64,000 nt of DNA from Pseudomonadota bacterium (GTDB lineage: Bacteria > Pseudomonadota > Alphaproteobacteria > Caulobacterales > Aquidulcibacteraceae): assembly GCA_020161405.1 (NCBI GenBank), contig JAIUOD010000003.1, positions 217,392 through 281,391 on the forward strand. The letters run 5' to 3'. Position 1 is the first letter of the stretch, and every line of letters begins with the position of its first letter. The notes below the pieces were generated by a model. The model was not told where the DNA came from. It ran no database searches and worked only from the letters and a program-made list of their open reading frames with translations. Positions 39,452-50,277 of this stretch are shown here, one piece after another. A program made the position numbers and the translations under genes.

Positions 39452-39967
39452 TTAATCGTTCATAATTTTATTAAGCTTTAATACATTTTCACGAACTTGA
39501 TTGCGTAATTTTATAATTCGATATTTCACGCGCCAATTAAGGAATTTTGAATAATTGGCATCATCAACACATGATTTTATTACATCTTCAAGCAATGCCC
39601 AATCTTTATCGGTTCCGCATCCGAATTTCATAAGGCTATTGGGAAGGTCGTGTTTTATATGGTAAAATGCCATTTCACGTTGTGCTAAGAAAAGCTTTAA
39701 AGCGTAAAAGATTTTACGATTATTGCATTTATCAATTAAATTTTGCCAATCATCATTTTTATCAAGATATGCATTTACAAAATCAACCATCACGTGACGG
39801 AACCAATCGGGATTTTCAAATTCATCAATTCGCGCCATACCTTTGATTGCAATGTTGGTTTGATTGCGATGAAATGCGAAAATTGGTGAATTTTCAGGTG
39901 GCATTTCGCTTTGTAATCTAGAAATCGCAATTTCACATTGTTGATTTAATGTTATTTCTTGCGACAT
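39452..39967 (-). CDS. Hypothetical protein, DUF5995-like
   Basis: FENPDWF...FVNAY...W...HIKHDLP resembles the DUF5995 pattern; 9 nt after the purN stop. Confidence 0.5.
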   Translation of the reverse strand: MSQEITLNQQCEIAISRLQSEMPPENSPIFAFHRNQTNIAIKGMARIDEFENPDWFRHVMVDFVNAYLDKNDDWQNLIDKCNNRKIFYALKLFLAQREMAFYHIKHDLPNSLMKFGCGTDKDWALLEDVIKSCVDDANYSKFLNWRVKYRIIKLRNQVRENVLKLNKIMND

Positions 39968-39976
39968 TTTGTATGC

Positions 39977-40609
39977 CTATAGCGAAATTATTTTTTCAGA
40001 GCCGTCAATTAAGCACTTGCCATTTTCCAATTTTGCCTGATTGCTTGCCACCATTTCAAGGCAAAATGGGAATAATTTATGTTCTTTTTCCAAAACTCGT
40101 TTTGCAAGGTCTTGTTCATTATCATTTTCGAAAATTGGAACTTGTGCCTGACCAATAATTGCGCCTTCATCAACGCCAGAATTGACGAAATGAACCGTGC
40201 AGCCACCTTCTTTATCACCCGCTTCAATTGCGCGCTTATGTGTATGAAGGCCTTTGTATTTTGGCAATAATGATGGATGGATATTAATCATTTTACCATC
40301 CCAATTATCAACAAAATCAGCGCCCAAAATTCGCATGAAGCCCGCACAAACGACAATTTGTGCGCCCATTTCAATCAAAGCATCATGTAAAGCTATTTCA
40401 AAATCAGCGCGGCTTTCATAGCTTTTATGACTAATTATTTTAAAAGGGATATTGGCAAGTTTTGCACGTTCAATTGCATAGATATCGGGAATATTTACAA
40501 TCAGGCCACAAATCTCATAAGAAATATCATTATTCTTTGCATAATCAATCAAGGCCTGAAAATTGGAGCCAGAGCCAGAGGCAAGAACAATAACGCGCTT
40601 TTTCTGCAT
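39977..40609 (-). CDS. purN: Phosphoribosylglycinamide formyltransferase
   Basis: SGSGSNF, LAG-like CAGFMRIL, NIHPSLLP, GCTVH, VDEG. Confidence 0.98.
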   Translation of the reverse strand: MQKKRVIVLASGSGSNFQALIDYAKNNDISYEICGLIVNIPDIYAIERAKLANIPFKIISHKSYESRADFEIALHDALIEMGAQIVVCAGFMRILGADFVDNWDGKMINIHPSLLPKYKGLHTHKRAIEAGDKEGGCTVHFVNSGVDEGAIIGQAQVPIFENDNEQDLAKRVLEKEHKLFPFCLEMVASNQAKLENGKCLIDGSEKIISL

Positions 40610-41646
40610 TATTTTGCAACCAATTGCCCGATTACGAACGCATCTTCACCCGCATCAATTAAGCGTTCGAGAACAATTTCAATATCATTCGGTGCAACGC
40701 ATAAAACAATACCAATCCCACAATTAAATGTGCGATGCATTTCTTCGGTAGCAACATTGCCAGTTTCCTGAAGCCATTTGAAAACTGGTGGAAATTCGAT
40801 TGCTGAATAATCAATTTGCGCATCAAGATTATCTGGCAACATGCGCGGCGTATTTTCTGTAAGGCCACCACCAGTAATGTGCGCCAAACCTTTGATAAGG
40901 CCATCTTTAATCAATGGCATGATTTGTTTCACATAAATTTTTGTTGGGGTCAAAAGTGCCTGCGAAAGTGTTTGTCCTTTTGCAAATGGCGCTTCATCAT
41001 TCCATGAAAGGCCAGATACAGAAACAATTTTACGAACAAGCGAATAACCATTTGAATGCGGCCCAGATGATGAAAGGCCAATTAGAATGTCGCCAACCTG
41101 CATTTTATCATGTATTGGCAATAAAGCGTCACGCTCTGCGGCGGCAACACAAAAACCTGCCAAATCATATTTATTATTATCATACATACCCGGCATTTCG
41201 GCGGTTTCCCCGCCAATAAGCGCGCAATCAGATAATTTGCATCCTTCGGCAATTCCAGCAACAACTTTGGTTGCAGTTTCAATATCAAGTTTTGAACATG
41301 CAAAATAATCAAGGAAGAATAAAGGCTGTGCACCTTGTGCCAAAACATCATTAACGCACATTGCAACCAAATCTTGACCAATTGTGTCATGATTATTGGT
41401 TTCGATTGCAATTTCCAGTTTTGTGCCAACGCCATCAGTACCAGAAACAAGAATTGGATCTTTAAAACCTGCGGCTTTTAGATCAAATAATCCACCAAAA
41501 CCGCCAAGGCTTCCCATTGAACCTGCGCGATTTGTTGCTTTTGCTAATGGGGCAATGCGTTTAACTAATTCATTGCCTGCATCAATATCGACACCTGCAT
41601 CTTTATAGGAAAGGCCGTTTGTTTGTTTTGTGCTGTCATTTTTCAT
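40609..41646 (-). CDS. purM: AIR synthetase
   Basis: [40 protein letters not shown]. The start could be 41646 or 41655. Confidence 0.98.
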   Translation of the reverse strand: MKNDSTKQTNGLSYKDAGVDIDAGNELVKRIAPLAKATNRAGSMGSLGGFGGLFDLKAAGFKDPILVSGTDGVGTKLEIAIETNNHDTIGQDLVAMCVNDVLAQGAQPLFFLDYFACSKLDIETATKVVAGIAEGCKLSDCALIGGETAEMPGMYDNNKYDLAGFCVAAAERDALLPIHDKMQVGDILIGLSSSGPHSNGYSLVRKIVSVSGLSWNDEAPFAKGQTLSQALLTPTKIYVKQIMPLIKDGLIKGLAHITGGGLTENTPRMLPDNLDAQIDYSAIEFPPVFKWLQETGNVATEEMHRTFNCGIGIVLCVAPNDIEIVLERLIDAGEDAFVIGQLVAK

Positions 41647-41721
41647 GCGCCGCAACTAATATGTTTATTGCTTTTTTACAAGTATAAGTGCCATATTAAG
41701 GCGTAAAAAAACGAAAAAATA

Positions 41722-42357
41722 ATGACAAATCACCCAACCCAACTGAACCTTGATATTATACCGCCTATAAAACCGCAAATTGGGGAAATTTGCGCGCAAT
41801 TAGACGTTAAGTGCAATCAATTACTTGATAATCCAAATGATTGGCCAAATCCAATTTTATGCCTTCGCCAATTTTGGGGGAATGGCGATGAAAAAATCTT
41901 TGAAAAATGGAATGAAAAACAAAATCACTTATTCATTATAAATGATAAAAATTTCGATGAAGATGGGCTTTTTGCAAAATTCACAATGGCGGAACGTGGT
42001 GAAATAAGTCTTTTGATTCTATCATTCATTGATAAAAATGAATTAGAAATAAAATCACCTGATTTAAAATCACGGTTTGATAATGTTACTTATATTGAAA
42101 CAATGCGCCCAACAAAAGCTAAACTTGGTGAAGTTTTGGCCATTGCACTTAAAAAGTCTGGCATAAATATAAGCTCAAAGAACCAAGAAAAAATAATTAC
42201 TGATTTAAATCTTGATTTCGTCATAATTTCTCAACTCATTTCATATATAATGCAAAAATATCCGATGGGGCTTCAATCTAAATCAGATAAAATTGAAGAT
42301 TTGATTGTAGGTTTTGAAAGCAAGATAATGGGAAATGGATTGTTTGAACGTGATTGA
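41722..42357 (+). CDS. hdaA: HdaA (DnaA regulatory inactivator)-like protein, divergent
   Basis: N-terminal QLNLD clamp-binding-like motif, PDLKSRF arginine-finger box, purM-hdaA-ppk1-ppx synteny; no intact Walker A. Confidence 0.7.
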   Translation: MTNHPTQLNLDIIPPIKPQIGEICAQLDVKCNQLLDNPNDWPNPILCLRQFWGNGDEKIFEKWNEKQNHLFIINDKNFDEDGLFAKFTMAERGEISLLILSFIDKNELEIKSPDLKSRFDNVTYIETMRPTKAKLGEVLAIALKKSGINISSKNQEKIITDLNLDFVIISQLISYIMQKYPMGLQSKSDKIEDLIVGFESKIMGNGLFERD

Positions 42358-44515
42358 TGCAAAGCTAATAACAAAATCAGAAGAAACAAAACTTACGCAT
42401 TCGCTATCTAACAAAGAGCGTTATATTAACCGCGAATTATCGTGGCTATATTTTAATTCAAGGGTTTTAGAAGAAGCAGAGCACATGTCGCATCCATTAA
42501 TGGAAAGATTACGCTTTCTTTCTATTTGCGGTAATAATCTTGACGAATTTTATATGGTTCGCGTTTCGGGTCTTCGTGAGCTTGTAAAAAACCGCACAAA
42601 AGTTGTCTCACAAGATGGGCTTTCACCGACTGAACAATTGGCAAAAATAAATGAATATGCTGGTAGCCTAATGGCTAATCAGCAAAAAATTTGGCGTAAT
42701 ATTCAAAAAGATCTGGAAAAGGCGGGTTTTAAAGTTTTATCTTTCCATGAAGCATTGGAAATGGATACTTCAAATCTTCGTGCCAGATTTATGGAAGAAG
42801 TCTATCCATTATTAACCCCACTTGCGGTTGATCCTGCGCACCCATTTCCTTTTATTCCTAACCTTGGTTTTGCGGTTGCATTTCAATTATCAAGGGTTGA
42901 AGATGGCAAGCAATTAAACGCACTTGTTCCAATTCCGCCAATGATACCGCGCTTTATGGAATTAAAACGCGATAAAAATACACGTTATTTTGTTCCACTT
43001 GAAACGATTATTGAATTGTTTCCCGAAACACTTTTTCCAGGTTTTGAAGTAACAGCTGCCGGTGCATTCCGAATAATCCGTGACAGTGACATTGAGCTAG
43101 AAGAAGAAGCCGAAGATTTAATCCTTCAGGCTGAGGCTGCATTACGTGAGCGTCGCCGTGGTGAAGTTGTTCGCTTGAAAGTTGATGTGAATATGCCGCA
43201 ATTTTTGCGCGAATTTATCCGTGAAGAAATGGATGTTGCGCCAAATGATGTTGTAGTTGTTAATGGAATTTTGGGTGTCGCCCAATTATCGCAATTAATA
43301 CCCGATGATAGGCCTGAGTTAAAATTTAAACCATTCACCCCACGTTTCCCAGAACGTATCAAAGATTTTGGCGGTGATTGTTTTGCGGCAATACGGGCAA
43401 AAGATATTTTGGTTCACCACCCATTTGAAAGCTTTGATGTGGTTGTCGGTTTTATTCGACAAGCTGCAAAAGATCCAAATGTTCTTGCCATTAAACAAAC
43501 GCTTTATAGAACATCAGACAATTCCCCAATCGTTGCCGCCCTTATTGAAGCGGCAGAAAAAGGTAAGCAAGTTACTGCGCTTGTTGAAATCAAGGCAAGG
43601 TTTGATGAAGAGGCCAATCTTAAATGGGCGCGCGATTTAGAACGCGCGGGTGTGCATGTTGTTTTTGGATTTGTATCATTAAAAACCCATGCCAAAGTTT
43701 CGCTTGTGATACGTCGTGAAGGTAAATCACTTCGAACTTATGCGCATTTTGGGACGGGCAATTATCACCCAATTACCGCGAAAATTTATACTGACTTATC
43801 ATTATTTACCGCTGATAAGGCTTTAGGCTCTGACGCGGGTAAATTATTTAATTATGTAACGGGATATGCTGTTCCAAACGATATGGAAAAATTATTCATG
43901 AGCCCGATTTCATTGAAATCATCGCTTTTGGGTATGATTACAAATGAAATTGAAAACGCTAAAAAAGGCCTACCAGCTGGGATTTGGGCGAAATTAAATG
44001 CTTTAATTGATCGTGACGTAATTGATAAATTATACGAAGCCTCTAGTGCGGGTGTAAAAATTGATTTGATAGTTCGCGGTGTTTGCGGTTTGCGCGCTGG
44101 TGTTCCTGGCTTGTCTGAAAATATAAGCGTAAAATCAATTATAGGACGCTTTTTGGAACATTCGCGTATTGTTTGTTTTGCAAATGGAAAACCATTACCA
44201 AGTAAAGAGGCAAAAGTATTTATTTCATCCGCCGATTGGATGACAAGAAATCTTGAACGCCGTGTTGAGGCAATGGTGCCGATTGAAAACCCAACTGTAC
44301 ACCGCCAAATTCTTGAAGAAATCATGGTAACTAATTTTGCAGATGAAGCACAATCTTGGTATATGCAACAAGATGGCACTTATTTGAAAAAGGCACCGAA
44401 AGAAGAAAAAAATCCTTTCTGTGCACATGATTATTTCATTGCTAATCCTAGCTTGTCAGGACGTGGTCGCGCTACTAAAGATAGCCAAACACGTTCAAGA
44501 CAGATAATTCGGTGA
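42335..44515 (+). CDS. ppk1: Polyphosphate kinase 1
   Basis: NRELSWL, NLDEFYMVRV, HHPFESF, KQTLYRT, HFGTGNY, GRFLEHSR. The start may be GTG at 42350. Confidence 0.98.
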   Translation: MDCLNVIDAKLITKSEETKLTHSLSNKERYINRELSWLYFNSRVLEEAEHMSHPLMERLRFLSICGNNLDEFYMVRVSGLRELVKNRTKVVSQDGLSPTEQLAKINEYAGSLMANQQKIWRNIQKDLEKAGFKVLSFHEALEMDTSNLRARFMEEVYPLLTPLAVDPAHPFPFIPNLGFAVAFQLSRVEDGKQLNALVPIPPMIPRFMELKRDKNTRYFVPLETIIELFPETLFPGFEVTAAGAFRIIRDSDIELEEEAEDLILQAEAALRERRRGEVVRLKVDVNMPQFLREFIREEMDVAPNDVVVVNGILGVAQLSQLIPDDRPELKFKPFTPRFPERIKDFGGDCFAAIRAKDILVHHPFESFDVVVGFIRQAAKDPNVLAIKQTLYRTSDNSPIVAALIEAAEKGKQVTALVEIKARFDEEANLKWARDLERAGVHVVFGFVSLKTHAKVSLVIRREGKSLRTYAHFGTGNYHPITAKIYTDLSLFTADKALGSDAGKLFNYVTGYAVPNDMEKLFMSPISLKSSLLGMITNEIENAKKGLPAGIWAKLNALIDRDVIDKLYEASSAGVKIDLIVRGVCGLRAGVPGLSENISVKSIIGRFLEHSRIVCFANGKPLPSKEAKVFISSADWMTRNLERRVEAMVPIENPTVHRQILEEIMVTNFADEAQSWYMQQDGTYLKKAPKEEKNPFCAHDYFIANPSLSGRGRATKDSQTRSRQIIR

Positions 44516-46008
44516 TTGATTCTAACGAAACCATAAATTTCAAACATGCAGTTATTGACGTTGGGTCAAATTCTGTTCGCCTTGTGATTTACCAAATCAC
44601 GGGTCAATCATTCGTTCCAATTCATAATGAAAAGGTATTGGCGGGGCTTGGGCGCGGGATTGATGAAACTGGCAATCTTTCACCTATTGGTGTTGAGCTT
44701 GCACTAAATGCAATAAGACGATTTAAATTACTTATTGATGCGCTTGATATTAAATCTTATGATGCAATTGCTACTGCTGCTGCACGTGATGCAAAAAATG
44801 GCGGCGAGTTTGTCAGAATTATTAATGAAGATATCGGCCTTAAACTTCGCCTAATAAGTGGTGAAGAAGAGGGGCGCTTATCGGCAATTGGTGTTAAATA
44901 CGGTGCCCCAAATGCGAAAGGTATTATGGGTGATTTAGGTGGTTCAAGCCTTGAACTTGTTTCCCTTGATAATATTGAAAAGCGTGAATCATGGCACCTT
45001 GGACCTTTGGCAATTGGTGAACGTGCGCAATCAAGAAATTTTACACGCAACATAAATAATATTGAAAAATCTATTGATAGTGAATTGGATATTTCCCAAG
45101 TCCTAAGACTTCCAAATATCGAAGAGTTTCACGCAGTTGGTGGTGGTTGGCGTAATCTTGCACAGATTGCCATGTGGCGAAATAATTACAATTTGCATGT
45201 GCTTCAAAATTTTTCATTAAATCAAATACAGGCAATTGAATTATGTGAATGGGTGATGTTGCAACCCAAAAGATTAATTGAAAAGATACAAGGTATTTCA
45301 CAAAGGCGTGCTGATACATTGCAATATGCCGCATTATTGCTTTTGAAGATTATAAAATCAACAAATTGCAAAGAAATTCTGATTTCATCATATGGTCTTC
45401 GTGAAGGCATATTAAGTGAAAGATTTTTGCAAAATAATAATCGTGATCCATTGATTGAAAGCGCATGGGGAATTTGCAAATCGCGCCCAGAGGATGTTGA
45501 TTTTGCATATGCATTAAATGATTGGATTAGGCCATTATTGCAATCGAAAGACTTCAAAATTAGTAATGAGCGGATTGAGGTTTTATGCCTTGCGGCCTGT
45601 TTGCTTGCAAATATTGGTATTGGATTGCACCCTGACCATCGTGCTTTTTTGACGTATCAATTAGTTTTACGTGCGCCATATCCTGCGGTTACGCATAATG
45701 AGCGCGTATTTTTGGCGCGAACAATTGCAAGGCGATATGGCGCGAAAAATGATGAAATTAATGGCTTTGAATGCGCAAATCTAATCTCTAATGAATATGC
45801 GGCTTTGGCGGATGTTATTGGCGCTTCTATGCGGCTTGGTGCAAACTTAACTTCAAATAGTTCGAAAATTATCAAGCAAACAAAATTGAATATTGCCAAT
45901 GTTGATATTGAATTAATCTTGCCGCAAGAAATGAAAAACCTAGTTTCCGAATCGGTTCGCAAACGCCTTGATCAATTGGTAAATACTTATAGAAAAGCAG
46001 TGGTGTGA
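44512..46008 (+). CDS. ppx: Exopolyphosphatase / pppGpp phosphohydrolase
   Basis: IDVGSNSVRL, ATAAARDA, DLGGSSLE, GLREG. Confidence 0.95.
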   Translation: MIDSNETINFKHAVIDVGSNSVRLVIYQITGQSFVPIHNEKVLAGLGRGIDETGNLSPIGVELALNAIRRFKLLIDALDIKSYDAIATAAARDAKNGGEFVRIINEDIGLKLRLISGEEEGRLSAIGVKYGAPNAKGIMGDLGGSSLELVSLDNIEKRESWHLGPLAIGERAQSRNFTRNINNIEKSIDSELDISQVLRLPNIEEFHAVGGGWRNLAQIAMWRNNYNLHVLQNFSLNQIQAIELCEWVMLQPKRLIEKIQGISQRRADTLQYAALLLLKIIKSTNCKEILISSYGLREGILSERFLQNNNRDPLIESAWGICKSRPEDVDFAYALNDWIRPLLQSKDFKISNERIEVLCLAACLLANIGIGLHPDHRAFLTYQLVLRAPYPAVTHNERVFLARTIARRYGAKNDEINGFECANLISNEYAALADVIGASMRLGANLTSNSSKIIKQTKLNIANVDIELILPQEMKNLVSESVRKRLDQLVNTYRKAVV

Positions 46009-46075
46009 CAAAACGCATTATTCCCCAAATTTAAGAATGCAATACAATAGCATCACCAAATATAGGGAGTATAAA

Positions 46076-46336
46076 ATGGTAAATGAAGCAACCCACCTTG
46101 ACCACGCTTTAGAACAAGAATTTCAAGGTCATGCACAAACCATTCATTCATTAAAAGTTTCGAATGCGCATTTCCATAAATTAATGGAAAAAAACCATGA
46201 ATTATGGTTACAAATTAAGAATATTCAAGCTGATGTAACGCCAACAGACGATAAAACTCTTCATGATTTAGAAAAACAACGCCTTGCAATTTTGGATGAA
46301 ATTGCCGTTATGATTAAAGCAGAAGAAGCAAAATAA
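46076..46336 (+). CDS. YdcH/DUF465 family protein
   Basis: GGAG RBS; L..EF...I..LK....HF..L...KQRL...DEI. Confidence 0.85.
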   Translation: MVNEATHLDHALEQEFQGHAQTIHSLKVSNAHFHKLMEKNHELWLQIKNIQADVTPTDDKTLHDLEKQRLAILDEIAVMIKAEEAK

Positions 46337-46337
46337 T

Positions 46338-47513
46338 TTATTGATTATCTTCAGAAGTGGCCATGATTTCAATCATGGTCACTTTTCTTTTTTGAATTGA
46401 AAGCCCCATTTCGCCATGTTTAAGTTTTATGGCTTTTTCGCCAAAAACCTCACGGCGCCATCCTTTCAAAGCTTCACAATCAGCTTCATCATTAATTGCA
46501 ATTGCTTCAAGGTCTGAAACCGTTGCAATAAGGCGCGGTGCAACTTCTAATTCCTCGGAAACTGCGCGCAATAATACTTTTAAAAGTTCAACAATCGCGC
46601 CAATACCATTAGGGTTTGGTTTTGGTTTGTGAACTTTTGGTGCGAATTCTTCAGGGCTTTCAAGTGCCTCATTTAAAGCTTCTAACAAAGCCTCCCCACC
46701 TTTGGAGCGTGCAAAACCTTTTGGGACAGCGCGTAATTTTTCCATTGCATCCAAAGTTTTTGGTCTTTGTTCGGCAATTTCAAATATTGCATCATCTTTT
46801 AGGGCGCGGCTTCTTGGAATGTCTTTTTCTTGTGCAAACCATTCACGCCATGTTGTAACCGCAAAAAACGCCGCCAAATAATCGGTTGAAAATTTACGTG
46901 GCTTCATACGTTTCCATGCGTTTGTTGGGGTTTGGTCGTATGATTCAAGCAAACTTAATGCTTCCATTTCTTGCAAAACCCAAGATTTGCGGCCTAATTC
47001 ATCAAGCTTTTTTATCATTAATGGAAATAAATCACGCAAATAGGTTACATCATGTATTGCATATCTAATTTGTGCTTCGGTAAGTGGACGGCGTGCCCAA
47101 TCTGTGAAACGTGACGATTTGTCAACATGATGGCCAAGCATTGCCATAACTAAATTATCATATGCGGCTTGCTCACCTAAGCCTAATGCCATTGCCGCTA
47201 TTTGTGTATCAAAAATCGGGCTTGGTAATTTATTATTCATTAGACGATAAAGAATTTCCAAATCTTGGCGCGGCGCATGAAAAACTTTCAAAATCTTTTC
47301 ATCACGCATCAAATCTAGCATAGGTTTCAAGTCTAACCCATCTGCAAGTGGGTCAAGTGCAAACTCGATTCCTTGGCCTGCGATTTGAATAAGGCATAAT
47401 TTGGGCCAATATGTAGTTTCACGCATGAATTCAGTGTCAACAGCGATGAATTCATTATTCTTTAGCGCTTCACACGCTTCAATTAGTGCGTCATTGGTTG
47501 TAATAAGGTTCAT
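46338..47513 (-). CDS. rnd: Ribonuclease D
   Basis: VDTEFMRE, FHAPRQD, FDTQIAA, TDW.RRPL, YAIHDV; HRDC domain. Confidence 0.97.
   Translation of the reverse strand: MNLITTNDALIEACEALKNNEFIAVDTEFMRETTYWPKLCLIQIAGQGIEFALDPLADGLDLKPMLDLMRDEKILKVFHAPRQDLEILYRLMNNKLPSPIFDTQIAAMALGLGEQAAYDNLVMAMLGHHVDKSSRFTDWARRPLTEAQIRYAIHDVTYLRDLFPLMIKKLDELGRKSWVLQEMEALSLLESYDQTPTNAWKRMKPRKFSTDYLAAFFAVTTWREWFAQEKDIPRSRALKDDAIFEIAEQRPKTLDAMEKLRAVPKGFARSKGGEALLEALNEALESPEEFAPKVHKPKPNPNGIGAIVELLKVLLRAVSEELEVAPRLIATVSDLEAIAINDEADCEALKGWRREVFGEKAIKLKHGEMGLSIQKRKVTMIEIMATSEDNQ
46355..46390 (+). terminator. Terminator-like hairpin for the DUF465 gene, inside the antisense end of rnd
   Basis: aagtggccatgat/atcatggtcactt stem (one G-U) followed by ttctttttt. 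Confidence 0.6.
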
Positions 47514-47671
47514 AAAAAAGATTCTATGGCGTATTTATTCAAAATGTGCGAGGTTTTATTTGTCACACTTGACGAAACTTTGCAGTCGAAACCTTGACGA
47601 AACCCTTTTGTTTTAGTCTATCGCCATAAAATTAGTTCATAAAATGTGTATTCACACACTAAAGGTTTGAA

Positions 47672-49453
47672 ATGAGTTTATATCGTACCCACACTTGTGC
47701 CCAATTAAGAAAAGAAAACATTGGTGAAACTGTAAAAATCGCAGGTTGGATTCATCGTCGCCGTGACCATGGCGGTGTTGCATTCATCGATTTGCGTGAC
47801 CATTATGGCATTACACAGGTTGTATGTGGCCCAACAAATCCACATTTCGAAAAACTAACCCATTTACGTGCTGAATCAGTAATTTCAATCGAGGGTGAGG
47901 TTATTGCCCGTGAAGCTGGTACTGAAAATTCAGAATTGGGAACTGGTGAAATTGAATTACGCGTTGTGAATTTTGAAGTGCTTTCAGAAGTTACCCAAGA
48001 TTTGCCAGTGCCTATTTTTGGTGAATTGGAATATCCAGAAGATGTTCGTTTGCGTTATCGCTTCTTGGACTTACGCCGTGAGACTTTGCATAAAAATATT
48101 ATGCTTCGTTCGAATATTATTTCATCATTGCGCCGCCGCATGAATGAAGCGGGCTTTTTTGAGTTTCAAACACCAATTTTGACAGCATCTTCACCAGAAG
48201 GCGCGCGTGACTTTTTGGTTCCGTCGCGTTTGCACCCTGGTAAATTCTATGCACTGCCGCAAGCGCCACAACAATTTAAGCAATTGATTATGGTTGCAGG
48301 TTTTGACCGCTATTTCCAAATAGCCCCATGTTTCCGCGATGAAGATGCGCGCGCTGACCGTTCACCTGGTGAATTCTATCAACTTGATATTGAAATGTCC
48401 TTTGTATCTCAAGATGATGTTTTCGCAGCTATTGAACCTGTATTATCGGGCGTATTTAGCGAATTCTCAACTTGGGAAGCAGATGCAGCGCCATTTGTTC
48501 GTATTCCATATAAAGAAGCAATGCTTAAATATGGTTCGGACAAACCTGATTTGCGTAATCCATTGATTATTTCTGATGTTACAGAAGTGTTTAAACGCGA
48601 TGACGTTACTTTCAATGCATTTAAAGGCACAATTGCAAATGGCGGTGTTGTTCGCGCCATTCCTGCGCCAAATACTGCTGATAAGCCACGTTCATTCTTT
48701 GACAAATTGAATGAATGGGCGCGCAAAGATATGCAAGCCGCTGGCCTTGGTTATATCACATTTGCAGCGGGTGAAGCAAAAGGGCCAATTGCAAAATTCT
48801 TTACGCCAGAAGCTCTAGAATTGCTTAAATCACTTTCTGGTGTTGGCGAGAATGATACTGTATTCTTTGCCTGTGACACTGAAGATAAAGCTGCAAAACT
48901 TGCAGGCCAAGCACGTAATCGTATTGGTGATGAATTAGGTATATGTGAGAAGAATGTTTATCGCTTCTGCTGGATTGTGGATTTCCCAATGTTTGAATGG
49001 AATGAAGATGAGAAGAAGGTTGATTTCTCTCATAACCCATTCTCTATGCCGCAAGGTGGTATGGATGCGTTGCTTAACCAAGATCCACTTACTATCAATG
49101 CATATCAATATGACATCGTATGTAATGGTGTTGAATTATCATCTGGTGCAATTCGTAACCATCGCCCTGAAATCATGCTTAAGGCATTTGAAATCGCGGG
49201 CTATGGTGCCGAAGTGGTCGAAGAAAAATTCGGCGGCATGTTAAATGCATTCCGTTATGGCGCACCGCCGCATGGTGGCTTGGCACCTGGTGTTGATCGT
49301 ATGGTTATGCTTTTGGCAGATACGCCAAACATCCGCGAAGTAACAATGTTCCCAATGAACCAAAACGCACAAGATTTGATGATGCAAGCGCCATCAAATG
49401 TAAGTAATAAACAATTACGTGAATTAAGTTTACGGGTTGCGGTACAGGATTAG
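47672..49453 (+). CDS. aspS: Aspartate--tRNA(Asp/Asn) ligase
   Basis: YRTHTC, RRDHGG (non-discriminating-type His), [16 protein letters not shown]. Confidence 0.98.
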   Translation: MSLYRTHTCAQLRKENIGETVKIAGWIHRRRDHGGVAFIDLRDHYGITQVVCGPTNPHFEKLTHLRAESVISIEGEVIAREAGTENSELGTGEIELRVVNFEVLSEVTQDLPVPIFGELEYPEDVRLRYRFLDLRRETLHKNIMLRSNIISSLRRRMNEAGFFEFQTPILTASSPEGARDFLVPSRLHPGKFYALPQAPQQFKQLIMVAGFDRYFQIAPCFRDEDARADRSPGEFYQLDIEMSFVSQDDVFAAIEPVLSGVFSEFSTWEADAAPFVRIPYKEAMLKYGSDKPDLRNPLIISDVTEVFKRDDVTFNAFKGTIANGGVVRAIPAPNTADKPRSFFDKLNEWARKDMQAAGLGYITFAAGEAKGPIAKFFTPEALELLKSLSGVGENDTVFFACDTEDKAAKLAGQARNRIGDELGICEKNVYRFCWIVDFPMFEWNEDEKKVDFSHNPFSMPQGGMDALLNQDPLTINAYQYDIVCNGVELSSGAIRNHRPEIMLKAFEIAGYGAEVVEEKFGGMLNAFRYGAPPHGGLAPGVDRMVMLLADTPNIREVTMFPMNQNAQDLMMQAPSNVSNKQLRELSLRVAVQD

Positions 49454-49483
49454 AAAAAAGGCCACCGATTGGTGGCCTTTTTT
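49454..49483. terminator. Bidirectional intrinsic terminator
   Basis: aaaaaaggccacc-gatt-ggtggcctttttt. Confidence 0.92.
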
Positions 49484-49515
49484 ATATTTATCTCGTAGTA
49501 TCTATTTTTCTTGCA

Positions 49516-50277
49516 TTATCTTTTCTTGCAGGGCGGAACGCTTAAACCATCGGGAAGGCGGGTTTTATCATCGCCACATGCGCCATCTAATTGGCTTCTA
49601 TTTAGGCCAATAGAGCCAGATAAATCGGCGCCAGATAGATTAGCGCCAGTGAAATCTACTTGGCTAAAGCGCGTACGATTAGCTTTTACACCGCGCATAT
49701 TGGCATTAGAAAAATCAGCACCATTTATCTCAGCAGAATCAAAACGTGCGCCCATTAGATTAGAGCCATTAAACTCAGTAGAGCGCGCGCGTGATGCGGT
49801 AAAATTAGAATAGGCAAGATTGGCACCAATAAATTCGGCATTATCCAAAATAGCACCAGTGAAATTGCCATGTGACAATGTTGCCCCGGATGCTTCAGTA
49901 TTATTCAAAGTTGCGCCAACAAAATTACCGTTGAAAATATGTGCAGATTCTAATGAAGCAAATCCAAGATCGGCGCGGCTAAAATCAGAATTTGAAAAAT
50001 TGCCGCCATCTAATTCAGCACGTCGCATTTGTGCGCCCGCAAATTGTGCGCCAACAAAATTACCATTATTAAGCCTTGCACCACCAAGATTACGCCCCGC
50101 AAGATCACAATTTATGCAAGAGCCAGAGAAACCGCGTGAAAAAGTAACCGAATTTGGGCGACCAACTTTACCCCAAGCGCTAACACCATCACCCCAATTA
50201 AAGGCCATAACATCAGTTGATATCATTGCCCCAAGGATAGTAATCGCCTGCAATAAATAATGGTTCAATTTGGACAT
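49516..50277 (-). CDS. Exported pentapeptide-repeat protein (long paralog)
   Basis: Signal peptide, CINC, about 30 A(D/N)(L/F)xx repeats, cap GACGDDKTRLPDGLSVPPC. Confidence 0.93.
   Translation of the reverse strand: MSKLNHYLLQAITILGAMISTDVMAFNWGDGVSAWGKVGRPNSVTFSRGFSGSCINCDLAGRNLGGARLNNGNFVGAQFAGAQMRRAELDGGNFSNSDFSRADLGFASLESAHIFNGNFVGATLNNTEASGATLSHGNFTGAILDNAEFIGANLAYSNFTASRARSTEFNGSNLMGARFDSAEINGADFSNANMRGVKANRTRFSQVDFTGANLSGADLSGSIGLNRSQLDGACGDDKTRLPDGLSVPPCKKR

Noticed and set aside
43852-44379. 175 aa antisense ORF inside ppk1, and similar shadows (4212-4592, 25133-25465, 25819-26289, 49820-50260, 37110-37496)
   Set aside because: Fully opposite well-supported genes, with no motifs or RBS; expected codon-bias shadows.
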